Positions 28,192 to 36,404 of a stretch of 64,000 bases of DNA are shown here, piece after piece. The position numbers and the translations under genes were made by a program. Where the stretch lies: positions 398,474 through 462,473 of the forward strand of contig CAWIED010000001.1 of assembly GCA_963835085.1 (NCBI GenBank). Direction: 5' to 3'. The DNA comes from an uncultured Actinomycetota bacterium. Lineage in GTDB: Bacteria > Actinomycetota > Actinomycetes > Actinomycetales > CAWJMD01. Position 1 is the stretch's first letter. Each line of letters opens with the position of its first letter. The notes under the pieces were generated by a model. The model was given only the letters and a program-made list of their open reading frames with translations. It was not told the origin of the DNA and searched no databases.

Positions 28192-29702
28192 CTCAGCAAG
28201 CACCACCGCCCGACCGGCCGGTCGTGTCCCCACGATTCGATCTGTCCGCACCCGTGCCCGCCGCCGCCGACCTCGGCGCGACCCATTTTCTCGGTATCGG
28301 TGGCATCGGCATGTCAGGTATCGCCCGGCTGCTGACGCTACGCGGAGTGCCGGTGTCAGGCAGCGACGCCAAGGACTCCCCGATCATGGCCTCGTTGCGG
28401 GCGCTCGGGGCGCGGGCGCAGGTGGGCTTCGACGTCGCCCGCCTCGAGGGCGTCTCGACGGTGGTGGCCTCCTCCGCCATCCGCCCCGACAACGTCGAGC
28501 TGGCTGCCGCGCATCGGCGCGGGCTCCGCGTGCTGCATCGTTCGCAGGCGTTGCAGTCGCTCATGGTCGGACGGGTCAGTGCTGCAGTGGCCGGCACGAA
28601 CGGCAAGACGACCACGAGCTCCATGCTCACGGTGTTGTTGCGCGAGGCCGGCCTCGATCCGTCGTTCGCGATCGGCGGCGAGTTGGTGGGCGCCGAGACC
28701 AACGCCGACGAGGGAGCCGGCGAGGTCTTCGTGGCCGAAGCAGACGAGTCCGACGCATCGTTCCTCGTGTACACGCCTGCAGTGTCCGTCGTGACGAACG
28801 TGCAGCCCGATCACCTCGACTTCTACGGCACGCCCGCAGCGGTCGTGGCCGGCTTCGAGGCGTTCAGCGACCGGCTGGTGGCCGACGGCCGCACCGGGGT
28901 GCTCGTGGCCTGTGCCGACGATCCGGGCTCCGCGGCGCTGGCCGCTCGCGCGCGGGGGCTGGGTCGGCGGGTGGTGACCTACGGCGAGTCGGCCGGCAGT
29001 GACGTGCTCGTGCGTGACGTGCAACTCGGTGCGGGAGTGACGTTCTCGCTCCTGGACTCGGCGTTGGCCCGCACCGGGGCCCGAACGGTGCGCCTGGTGG
29101 TGCCGGGCCGGCACAACGCGCTGAACGCCGCTGCGGCCTATGCGGCCGGGGTGTTGCTGGGCGCCGATCCCAACGCGGCAGTGGCCGGTCTGCAGGCCTT
29201 CGCCGGAGCCCGGCGGCGCTTCGAGTTCCGCGGCGAGATCGCCGGTGTGCGGGTGTACGACGACTATGCGCACAACCCGGCCAAGGTGAGTGCGGCCATC
29301 GCCACCGGCCGCCAGGCAGCTGCCGGGAGCCGCCTGATCGTGGCCTTCCAGCCACATCTGTACTCGCGCACCAGAGACTTCGCCGATGCCTTTGCAGCCG
29401 CGCTCGGCGGGGCAGACGAGGTGGTGGTGCTCGACGTGTACGGCGCCCGCGAAGACCCGCTGCCAGGGGTCAGCGGCGAACTCGTGTCACGCGCGGTGCC
29501 GTTGCCGGCCGAGCAGGTGCGCTTCAGTGCTGACCGCTCTGCCGTTCCCGCCCTGCTGGCCGACCTGGCCAGGCGCGGGGACGTCGTGCTGACCATCGGC
29601 GCGGGTGACATCACTGCTCTGGCGTCGATCGTGCTCGAGAAGCTGGCCGAACGACCGGAACTGGCTGAGCGACAGCAGAGCCCGCGAGAAGAGGCGCACT
29701 AA
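28188..29702 (+). CDS. murC: UDP-N-acetylmuramate--L-alanine ligase MurC
   Basis: HFLGIGGIGMSGIARLL and [12 protein letters not shown] motifs. ATG 28188 overlaps the murG stop (ATGA). The 890-aa track ORF from 27030 is an out-of-gene extension. Confidence 0.93.
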   Translation: MTQQAPPPDRPVVSPRFDLSAPVPAAADLGATHFLGIGGIGMSGIARLLTLRGVPVSGSDAKDSPIMASLRALGARAQVGFDVARLEGVSTVVASSAIRPDNVELAAAHRRGLRVLHRSQALQSLMVGRVSAAVAGTNGKTTTSSMLTVLLREAGLDPSFAIGGELVGAETNADEGAGEVFVAEADESDASFLVYTPAVSVVTNVQPDHLDFYGTPAAVVAGFEAFSDRLVADGRTGVLVACADDPGSAALAARARGLGRRVVTYGESAGSDVLVRDVQLGAGVTFSLLDSALARTGARTVRLVVPGRHNALNAAAAYAAGVLLGADPNAAVAGLQAFAGARRRFEFRGEIAGVRVYDDYAHNPAKVSAAIATGRQAAAGSRLIVAFQPHLYSRTRDFADAFAAALGGADEVVVLDVYGAREDPLPGVSGELVSRAVPLPAEQVRFSADRSAVPALLADLARRGDVVLTIGAGDITALASIVLEKLAERPELAERQQSPREEAH

Positions 29703-31405
29703 TGAGTCGGCCCACCCGGCCCCGGCCAACCCAGCGAAAGCCGGCCCCCGCGTCCTCCAAGGCGGCCTCCGCCACGGCTACGCCTTCGAGAGCGTCGTCG
29801 GCCGGGGTTTCGTCTAACCAGGGGTCCACTCCGGTGTCGTCCACCCAGGTGTCGTCTAACCAGGTGTCGTCCACCCAGGTGTCGTCTAACCAGGTGTCGT
29901 CTAACCAGGTGTCGTCTAACCAGGTGTCGTCCAACCGGGTCTCGGGGGATGCGCGGTCGTCAAACTCGGTGCCCTCCAGATCAGTGCCCTCCAGATCAGT
30001 GCCCTCCAGATCAGTGCCCTCCAGATCGGTGTCCTCGGACTCAGCGTCGTCCAGCCGGGGGGCCTCGACGGCAGCGCGTGAGGCGTCCGGGGCCCGGCAA
30101 GCAACCGCCCGGCAGGCTGGTGCGCGGCAAGCGCCCGGCGCGCGGCAGGCCTCGAAGCAGGCCAGGGCGTCCGTACCGGCGGTACCCGCGTCGGCCAAGC
30201 GGCCAGCGCCCGGATCGCGCGCTTCGCAGCGACCCTCGACGCCCGCGGCCGGGCATGGAGCCTTCCGCGCCACTGCCCGCGGGTCGGCAGCGGTGGACGG
30301 CAACCCGAGCCCGACACGCAGCGGTCGCCAGCAGTACGCCCCGGTGGTGTCCCTGGCCAACGTCCGTCAGCTCACCGAACGAGCCAGAGTCCCTCAGCCG
30401 AGCCGGCGCACCCTTGCGGCCCTGGCCGGGATGATCGTGGTCGCCGCCCTCGTGGGCTACGTGTTCTGGTTCTCGCCGTTGCTTGCGGTGCGCAACGTGC
30501 GACTCATCGGCGCGAATCGCTTCGGCGGCGGTCAGCTGCAGGCCATCACGGCCAAGGACATCGGTACTCCGCTGGCCCGGGTCGACACCGCCGGCGTGGC
30601 GCACCGGGTGGAGCAGAACCCCGCCGTGGCCTCGGCTCAGGCGGTGCGGGCGTGGCCGTCCACGCTGGAGGTCAGGGTCACCGAGCGCGTGCCCGTGGTG
30701 GCGGTGCCCGTTCTCGGTGCGGCCGGTGGTGTCGATGCCGCTGGCGCAAGCGCCGCCTCGTCGGCCGCCGGGGCCAAAGGCACCAAGGTGTCGTCAGTGC
30801 AGCTGATGGCCGCCGACGGCGTGGTCATCGAGACCGAGCCCACTGCGCCCGCCGGGCTGCCCGTGGCGTCCACCGACACGGTGGCGGCAGGCAAGGCCTC
30901 GGTGAAGGCCGTCGCGGCAGTGGCGGCAGCGCTCTCCCCGGCCCTGCGGTCGGGGCTGAAGGACATCGGCGCGACCTCACCCAACAACGTGATCCTGACG
31001 CTTGAGGTGCCGGTGGTGGCCAAGGCCAGCACCGGCAAGACGCGCACGACGCCGAGCCCGTCGGCGAGCGGGAGTGTGGCGAAGACCCGCGAGGTCCAGG
31101 TGGTCTGGGGCGGGGTCGACGACTCGGCCCTCAAGGCCGAGGTGCTGGCTGCGCTGCTCAAGACCGACGCCAAGGTCTACGACGTCTCCAGCCCGACCAC
31201 CCCGGTGACCCGCAATTCCCTCCAGGCCAAGCCCACGTTGGCACCCTCCCCGACAGCGGCGCCCACCAGTACGGCTGGACCTACCAGCACGTTAGGCACC
31301 ACCCCGACCTCAGTGCCCACTGTGCCCCAAACGCTCGATGGCGCCACCCCAGCCACACCGGCCACCGGTGATCTCGGGGGAGCTAATCCCTCACCCACCG
31401 ACTGA
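29702..31405 (+). CDS. ftsQ: Cell-division protein FtsQ with about 250-aa repetitive N-terminal extension and Pro/Thr-rich tail
   Basis: A TM segment (LAALAGMIVVAALVGYVFWF) followed by POTRA/FtsQ (VRNVRLIGANRF..VRAWPSTLEVRVTERVPV). TAATG overlap with murC. Confidence 0.85.
   Translation: MSRPTRPRPTQRKPAPASSKAASATATPSRASSAGVSSNQGSTPVSSTQVSSNQVSSTQVSSNQVSSNQVSSNQVSSNRVSGDARSSNSVPSRSVPSRSVPSRSVPSRSVSSDSASSSRGASTAAREASGARQATARQAGARQAPGARQASKQARASVPAVPASAKRPAPGSRASQRPSTPAAGHGAFRATARGSAAVDGNPSPTRSGRQQYAPVVSLANVRQLTERARVPQPSRRTLAALAGMIVVAALVGYVFWFSPLLAVRNVRLIGANRFGGGQLQAITAKDIGTPLARVDTAGVAHRVEQNPAVASAQAVRAWPSTLEVRVTERVPVVAVPVLGAAGGVDAAGASAASSAAGAKGTKVSSVQLMAADGVVIETEPTAPAGLPVASTDTVAAGKASVKAVAAVAAALSPALRSGLKDIGATSPNNVILTLEVPVVAKASTGKTRTTPSPSASGSVAKTREVQVVWGGVDDSALKAEVLAALLKTDAKVYDVSSPTTPVTRNSLQAKPTLAPSPTAAPTSTAGPTSTLGTTPTSVPTVPQTLDGATPATPATGDLGGANPSPTD
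29806..30056 (+). repeat. Two in-frame 15-bp tandem repeat blocks inside ftsQ
   Basis: GGTGTCGTCYAMCCA occurs about 9 times (29806-29945; QVSSN/QVSST). CAGTGCCCTCCAGAT occurs about 5-6 times (29967-30056; SVPSR). Confidence 0.9.
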
Positions 31406-31493
31406 CTGGCAGTCCGTCTCTCGGCGTCTGGGGGCAAGCGGACGACTGTGAACCACCTTTACCGCCTGGTGAACACCACATTTTGCTCCCGAG

Positions 31494-31512
31494 TAAGGTA
31501 AGGGTACGCTAA
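31494..31512. promoter_or_regulatory. Candidate IdeR/DtxR iron box upstream of efeU
   Basis: TAAGGTAAGGGTACGCTAA matches the TTAGGTTAGGCTAACCTAA consensus at 14/19 positions. It lies 50 bp upstream of the efeU GTG in an AT-richer patch. Confidence 0.45.
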
Positions 31513-31561
31513 TAAACGTTGCCCACGGAGGCGTGGGCCGTCAAACGATTGGTCACCCTCC

Positions 31562-33247
31562 GTGCTCGCTACATTCATCATCGGCCTCCGAGAGGGTCTC
31601 GAAGCGGCGCTCATCGTCGGCATCGTCGCGGCCTTCCTCAAGCGAAACGGTCGCAGGCTCACCCCGATGTGGCTCGGCGTGGCGGCGGCGCTGGTCCTCA
31701 GCCTGGTCGTCGGCATCACGCTCGCCCTCGTCGAGCAGTCCCTGCCGCAGGCTGCGCAGGAGGGCATGGAGACCGTCATCGGCGTGGTCGCCATCTTCTT
31801 CGTCACCACGATGATCCTGTGGATGAGCAAGCACTCGCGCGGGCTCAAGAAGGAACTCGAGGCGTCTGCCCAAGAGGCCTTGGGCGACGGCACGTCCCGG
31901 GCGCTCGTCGTCATGGCATTCCTCGCCGTGCTCAAGGAAGGCTTCGAGACCTCCGTCTTCCTGCTGGCGACGTTCCAGGCCGCCAGCAACGCCGCCACGG
32001 CGGCCACGGGGGCAGTGCTCGGCGTCGTCGTCGCCATCGGGCTCGGCATCGGCATCTACCGCGGCGGCGTGCGCATCAACCTCTCCAAGTTCTTCCGGGG
32101 CACCGGGCTGTTCCTCGTCCTGGTGGCCGCGGGGCTGGTCGTCAGCGCCCTGCGCACCGCCCACGAGGCAGGGTGGCTCAACGCCGGTCAGCAGCGCACC
32201 GTCGGCCTCGGCTGGCTCGCGCCGGTCGGCTCCGTGCGCGGTGCCCTCTTCACCGGGGTCCTCGGCATCCCGGCCGATCCTCGCCTCATCGAGGTCGTCG
32301 GGTGGCTCTGTTACCTCGTCCCGATGCTGGCCATCGTGCTCTGGCCTCCGGCGAGGCGTCCTGGTGCCGTCGCCGCCATCCGGCTTAAGCAAGGCATCGC
32401 CGGGCTCGCGGTCGTGATCGCCGCGGTGCTCGCGCTGGTCATTCCCGCGCCGTCCTTGTCGGCGCCCGGGCGCGCACCGCTCGTCGATGCCAGCGGCTCC
32501 GCGCTCGGCTCGGCCATGCTTCAGCCGAGTAACCGGCTCGCCGTCCGCACGGCAGCGGGTACGACCACCTATCAGCTGAGCCGCACCGGTCAGAGCACCC
32601 ATGACGCCACGCAGGCGGAGCACCTCACCGGGGCGCTGGACAGCGACACCGGTCATCTACCCGGCACCCTGACCCTCGACGATCTCGTGGCGCTGAGCGG
32701 TGGCCGCGTGCCCGTCGGCATCGACGTGCAGCGCAACCCCGGCCCGTACACGGCGCGCTGGTCGCAGACGGCACAGCTCGACGTGTGGACGGTGTCTGGC
32801 ACGCTGCTCGACGCGACGGCCAACCAATCCCTCATCGTCTCGCTGTCGGGCGGGGGCCTGCCGACCCCGCGGCCGATCTCGGTCTCCGCGGGTGCCACTC
32901 TGCCGGGTGCCGGGGCGAGCGCGCCCCTCAGCTGGACGGTGGCGACGTCGTACGTCGATCAGGTGGCCAACTCGGCGCAGGCGCTCGCCAACGACAGAGC
33001 CGAGGCGCAGTTCTGGGGCCGGTTCGTACCGCTGCTCCTGCTCGTCACGGCCGGGGCGCTCCTGGTGGTTGCCGAACGGCGACGCCGGGCGCTCGCACTG
33101 AGCCTGGGCCGCACCGGCGATTCCTCGACCGGCCCCAGTTCCTCGACAGACGGCAGTTCCTCGACAGACACAGATTCCTCCCCGGCTACCGACCCCACGA
33201 GCGGCACCGATCGACCCATCTCAAGGAGAAACGTCCATGCTGGCTAG
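31562..33247 (+). CDS. efeU: Iron permease EfeU (FTR1 family) with about 280-aa C-terminal extension
   Basis: Two REXXE motifs (REGLEAALIV, KEGFETSVFL) in a 7-TM N-terminal half. The C-terminal half has two further TM segments and an STD-rich tail. Confidence 0.85.
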   Translation: MLATFIIGLREGLEAALIVGIVAAFLKRNGRRLTPMWLGVAAALVLSLVVGITLALVEQSLPQAAQEGMETVIGVVAIFFVTTMILWMSKHSRGLKKELEASAQEALGDGTSRALVVMAFLAVLKEGFETSVFLLATFQAASNAATAATGAVLGVVVAIGLGIGIYRGGVRINLSKFFRGTGLFLVLVAAGLVVSALRTAHEAGWLNAGQQRTVGLGWLAPVGSVRGALFTGVLGIPADPRLIEVVGWLCYLVPMLAIVLWPPARRPGAVAAIRLKQGIAGLAVVIAAVLALVIPAPSLSAPGRAPLVDASGSALGSAMLQPSNRLAVRTAAGTTTYQLSRTGQSTHDATQAEHLTGALDSDTGHLPGTLTLDDLVALSGGRVPVGIDVQRNPGPYTARWSQTAQLDVWTVSGTLLDATANQSLIVSLSGGGLPTPRPISVSAGATLPGAGASAPLSWTVATSYVDQVANSAQALANDRAEAQFWGRFVPLLLLVTAGALLVVAERRRRALALSLGRTGDSSTGPSSSTDGSSSTDTDSSPATDPTSGTDRPISRRNVHAG

Positions 33248-34487
33248 TTCCACCCGCCGGGGCGCCGTGACGGCCGCCGTCGGCCTCACCGTCCTCGCCC
33301 TCGCTGCCTGCGGCTCATCCGACAGCGGGTCGGCAACCTCGTCTGGCCCGGCCACGGCCTCCGATGCGGCCAAAGTCTCCGAGGGTGCCTCGCAGGTGAA
33401 GGTGACCCTCACCCAGGGCAGCAAGGGTGACGAATGCCAGCTCGACCACAACAAGGCGGCGGCCGGTCCGGTGACCTTCACGGTGACGAACAAGGACGCG
33501 GCGTCGATCACCGAGGTCGAGCTCATCAGTGATCAGCGGATCCTCGGCGAGAAGGAGAACCTGGCCCCTGGCCTGTCGCCCGTCAGCTTCACGGTGACCC
33601 TCGGCGGCGGCAGCTACCAGCTCTACTGCCCCGGAGCCACGCCGGAGAAGCAGCCGTTCACGGTCACGGGCAAGGCGGCCCCGGCCGCCACGGGCAGCAC
33701 GGCCACCCTGCTCGCCGAGGGCACGAAGGAGTACGGCGGCTACGCGGCCCAGACCCTCTCCGACATGCAGACGGCGGTCGGCAACCTGAAGACCGCGGTC
33801 GACAGCGGCGACGTAGCAGCGGCCAAGAAGCAGTACGCACTGGCCCGTCCGTTCTACGAGAAGGTCGAGTCGGCGGTCGAGGGCTTCGTTCTGCCCGGGT
33901 ACAAGCCGGGCGACAACGCCGGAAACCTCGACTACCTAATCGACATGCGCGAGTCGAACCTCGACCCGGCCGTCGGCTGGCACGGCTTCCACGCCATCGA
34001 GCGCGACCTGTACCAGAACGGTGCCATCACCGACCAGACCAAGACGTACGCCGCCGAGCTCGTCGCGAACACCACGAAGCTGGCGGGCCTGGCCAAGACC
34101 CTGACCTACAAGCCCGAAGACCTGGCCAACGGTGCCGCGGGCCTTCTCGAGGAGGTCCAGAGCAACAAGATCAAGGGCGAGGAGGAGTTGTACAGCCATC
34201 TCGACCTGGTCGACTTCGCCGCCAACGTCGAGGGCGCTGAGCAGGCATTCGCCTACCTCAAGCCCGGACTGACCAAGATCGACCCCACGCTGACCGCCAC
34301 GGTGGCCAAGCAGTTCGACAACGTCAACGCCGCCCTGGTCACCTACCAGGACCCGGCACAGCCCGGTGGCTACAAGCTGTGGACTCCCGAGCTGCGCACC
34401 GCCGACGCCGCCTCGTTGTCCAAGACGGTCCAGGCCCTGCAGGACCCGCTGTCGCAGATCGCGCAGAAGGTGGCGACCGCCCAATGA
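33237..34487 (+). CDS. efeO: Iron uptake lipoprotein EfeO (cupredoxin-like N-domain plus imelysin/M75 domain)
   Basis: Lipobox LALAAC, a cupredoxin-like segment (VKVTLT..GPVTFTVTN), and the M75 motif GWHGFHAIERDLY. Confidence 0.85.
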   Translation: MLASSTRRGAVTAAVGLTVLALAACGSSDSGSATSSGPATASDAAKVSEGASQVKVTLTQGSKGDECQLDHNKAAAGPVTFTVTNKDAASITEVELISDQRILGEKENLAPGLSPVSFTVTLGGGSYQLYCPGATPEKQPFTVTGKAAPAATGSTATLLAEGTKEYGGYAAQTLSDMQTAVGNLKTAVDSGDVAAAKKQYALARPFYEKVESAVEGFVLPGYKPGDNAGNLDYLIDMRESNLDPAVGWHGFHAIERDLYQNGAITDQTKTYAAELVANTTKLAGLAKTLTYKPEDLANGAAGLLEEVQSNKIKGEEELYSHLDLVDFAANVEGAEQAFAYLKPGLTKIDPTLTATVAKQFDNVNAALVTYQDPAQPGGYKLWTPELRTADAASLSKTVQALQDPLSQIAQKVATAQ

Positions 34488-35800
34488 CCCGGCTGGACGC
34501 CTCGGGCGGCGTCCCCGACGGCGGGCGCCAGGCCGCCGGTGCAGCACCGCCGTCGGGCACCACCCGCCGCCGCTTCTTTCAGGGAGCGGTCGGCGGGGTT
34601 GCCCTCGGTGCCCTCGGGGCGGGAGGCGTCGCCTGGGGGGTGGACTCTCAAGCCGATGCCCCCGCGGCGGCGACCGCAGACCGCGACGTAGTCGACCTGG
34701 CCAGGCAGCATCCCTTCTACGACCAGTCGCATCCGCCCGGCGTCGCGACCCCTCCGCAGCGCTACGCCATCGTCATGACCTTCGACATGGTCGACGGCAC
34801 GATGGCTACCGATCTGCAGACGCTGCTGGCCCGCTGGAGTGCTGCCATCTCCCGGCTGATGGCCGGTCAGCCGATCGGGCAGGTGCAGCCGGTCTATGCC
34901 GAGTCGGTGGGTCAAGACACCGGCGAGGCAACCGGCCTCGACCCGGCGAGCCTCACCGTCACCGTCGGGCTCGGCCCCAGCCTGTTCGACGCGCGGTTCG
35001 GTCTCGCGGCGAAGCGGCCGGCGCTGCTCAACCCGCTGCCCGCGCTGCCGAGCGACAACCTCGCCGCGGCCACCACCGGTGGCGACCTGTCGGTACAGGT
35101 GTGTTCCGACGACCCACAGGTCTGCTACCACGCAGTCCGCAACCTGGCCCGGATGGCGCGCGACACCGTCCAGACTCGGTGGACGGTCATCGGGTTCGGC
35201 CGGGCGTCGGCAGGGTCGGGGCAGCAGACGCCGCGCAACCTCTTCGGCTTCAAGGACGGCACCCGCAACCTCCGCGAGAGCGCCGAGTTCGACAAGTACG
35301 TGTGGCTCTCCGACGCCGACTGGATGACGGGCGGCACCTACCAGGTCGTCCGCAAGATCGAGATGAACATCGAGATCTGGGACGCCGACCGGGTTAGCGA
35401 CCAGGAGCAGATCTTCGGTCGCAGCAAGCTCGAGGGCGCCCCGCTTTCGGGGCACAAGGAGTTCGACGTGCCGAACTTCGCAGCCCTCGGCACCGACAAG
35501 CAGCCGGTCATCTCCCCGCTGTCGCATGTCGCGCTCGCCGCGTCGGAGAACAACGACGGCCTCAAGATCCTGCGCCGCAGCTACAACTACACCGACGGAA
35601 TCAACGAGTTCGGTCAGCTCGATGCCGGGCTGCTGTTCGTCGCCTACGTGAACGACCCGGCCCACTTCATCCGGTTGCAGACCAAGCTCGGGTCGAGCGA
35701 TCTGATGAACGAGTATGTCTCCCATGTGGGTTCGGGCCTCTTCGCGGTGCCTCCCACCCCGGCGCTCGGGCACTACATCGGCGAGCGTCTCTTCCGCTGA
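34484..35800 (+). CDS. efeB: Dyp-type peroxidase/deferrochelatase EfeB (Tat-exported)
   Basis: Tat signal TTRRRFFQGAVGG and a Dyp core (FGFKDGTRN..ILRRSYNY..GLLFVAY). ATG 34484 overlaps the efeO stop. Confidence 0.88.
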   Translation: MTRLDASGGVPDGGRQAAGAAPPSGTTRRRFFQGAVGGVALGALGAGGVAWGVDSQADAPAAATADRDVVDLARQHPFYDQSHPPGVATPPQRYAIVMTFDMVDGTMATDLQTLLARWSAAISRLMAGQPIGQVQPVYAESVGQDTGEATGLDPASLTVTVGLGPSLFDARFGLAAKRPALLNPLPALPSDNLAAATTGGDLSVQVCSDDPQVCYHAVRNLARMARDTVQTRWTVIGFGRASAGSGQQTPRNLFGFKDGTRNLRESAEFDKYVWLSDADWMTGGTYQVVRKIEMNIEIWDADRVSDQEQIFGRSKLEGAPLSGHKEFDVPNFAALGTDKQPVISPLSHVALAASENNDGLKILRRSYNYTDGINEFGQLDAGLLFVAYVNDPAHFIRLQTKLGSSDLMNEYVSHVGSGLFAVPPTPALGHYIGERLFR

Positions 35801-35935
35801 TCTCCCGGTTCGGCCGGGGGGAGCGAGCAGGGCGGCTTCGGACGGCTGGTCTGGCCCAGCGCTAGCCCAGCCCGGGAAGGCGTCGGTAGTGTCTTTGGGC
35901 GGTTTAGGTCCAGTGAGCCAGGCCCGAGTCTTGAT

Positions 35936-36125
35936 GCTATGACGATGCCCCGCCCGCCGGGGCATCGTCAAAGCGCTTGATCGCGGGCGCCCAGCCCGGG
36001 TACTGGGCACCCCGTCGTCAACCCGCGCGGCGGGACATCGTCAAAGCGCTTGATCGCGGACGCCCAGCCCCGGGCACTAGGCACCCGTCGACCCGCCCCA
36101 CCAGACGGGGCATCGCCATAGCGCG
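35936..36125. repeat. Palindrome-headed repeat units with 73-75-bp period (about 2.5 units)
   Basis: GCTATGACGATGCCCCG-CCCG-CCGGGGCATCGTCAAAGC at 35936-35975. CATCGTCAAAGCGCTTGATCGCGG recurs at 35963 and 36036, and CATCGCCATAGCGC occurs at 36111. Confidence 0.85.
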
Positions 36126-36404
36126 CTGCAGTGCACCGATCCCTGCGCCCTAACCTTCACGTCACTCTTGAGACTTCGAGAAATTTCAAGCCGACACGCG
36201 CGACACACCCCCGGAAATCCAACCGTTGTGATTCGCCACCTCTAGCGTCGTTCTCACGCAGCAACTTGACATAACTATAACCCTCTAGTTGAGGGTCATA
36301 GTCCAGGATCGGCCGACGCGTCACCGGCGCGACACGCCAACCGCAGCACCCACGAACACAGCACACAGACACCGGGCAGCAGAGCAAGGAAGAGGGCAGA
36401 AACC

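Noticed and set aside
27030-29702. 890-aa ORF that looks like a MurG-overlapping giant MurC fusion.
   Set aside because: The first ~385 codons are an alternative frame of murG with Arg/Ala/Gly-rich nonsense composition typical of high-GC off-frame ORFs. A proper ATG at 28188 overlaps the murG stop, and the MurC N-terminus (GIGGIGMSG) follows shortly after.
29611-30360. 249-aa antisense ORF in ftsQ with striking DDTWL and TDLEG repeats.
   Set aside because: It is simply the reverse-complement reading of the ftsQ 15-bp tandem repeats. The sense frame continues into a bona fide TM plus POTRA FtsQ domain, so the antisense ORF is a by-product.
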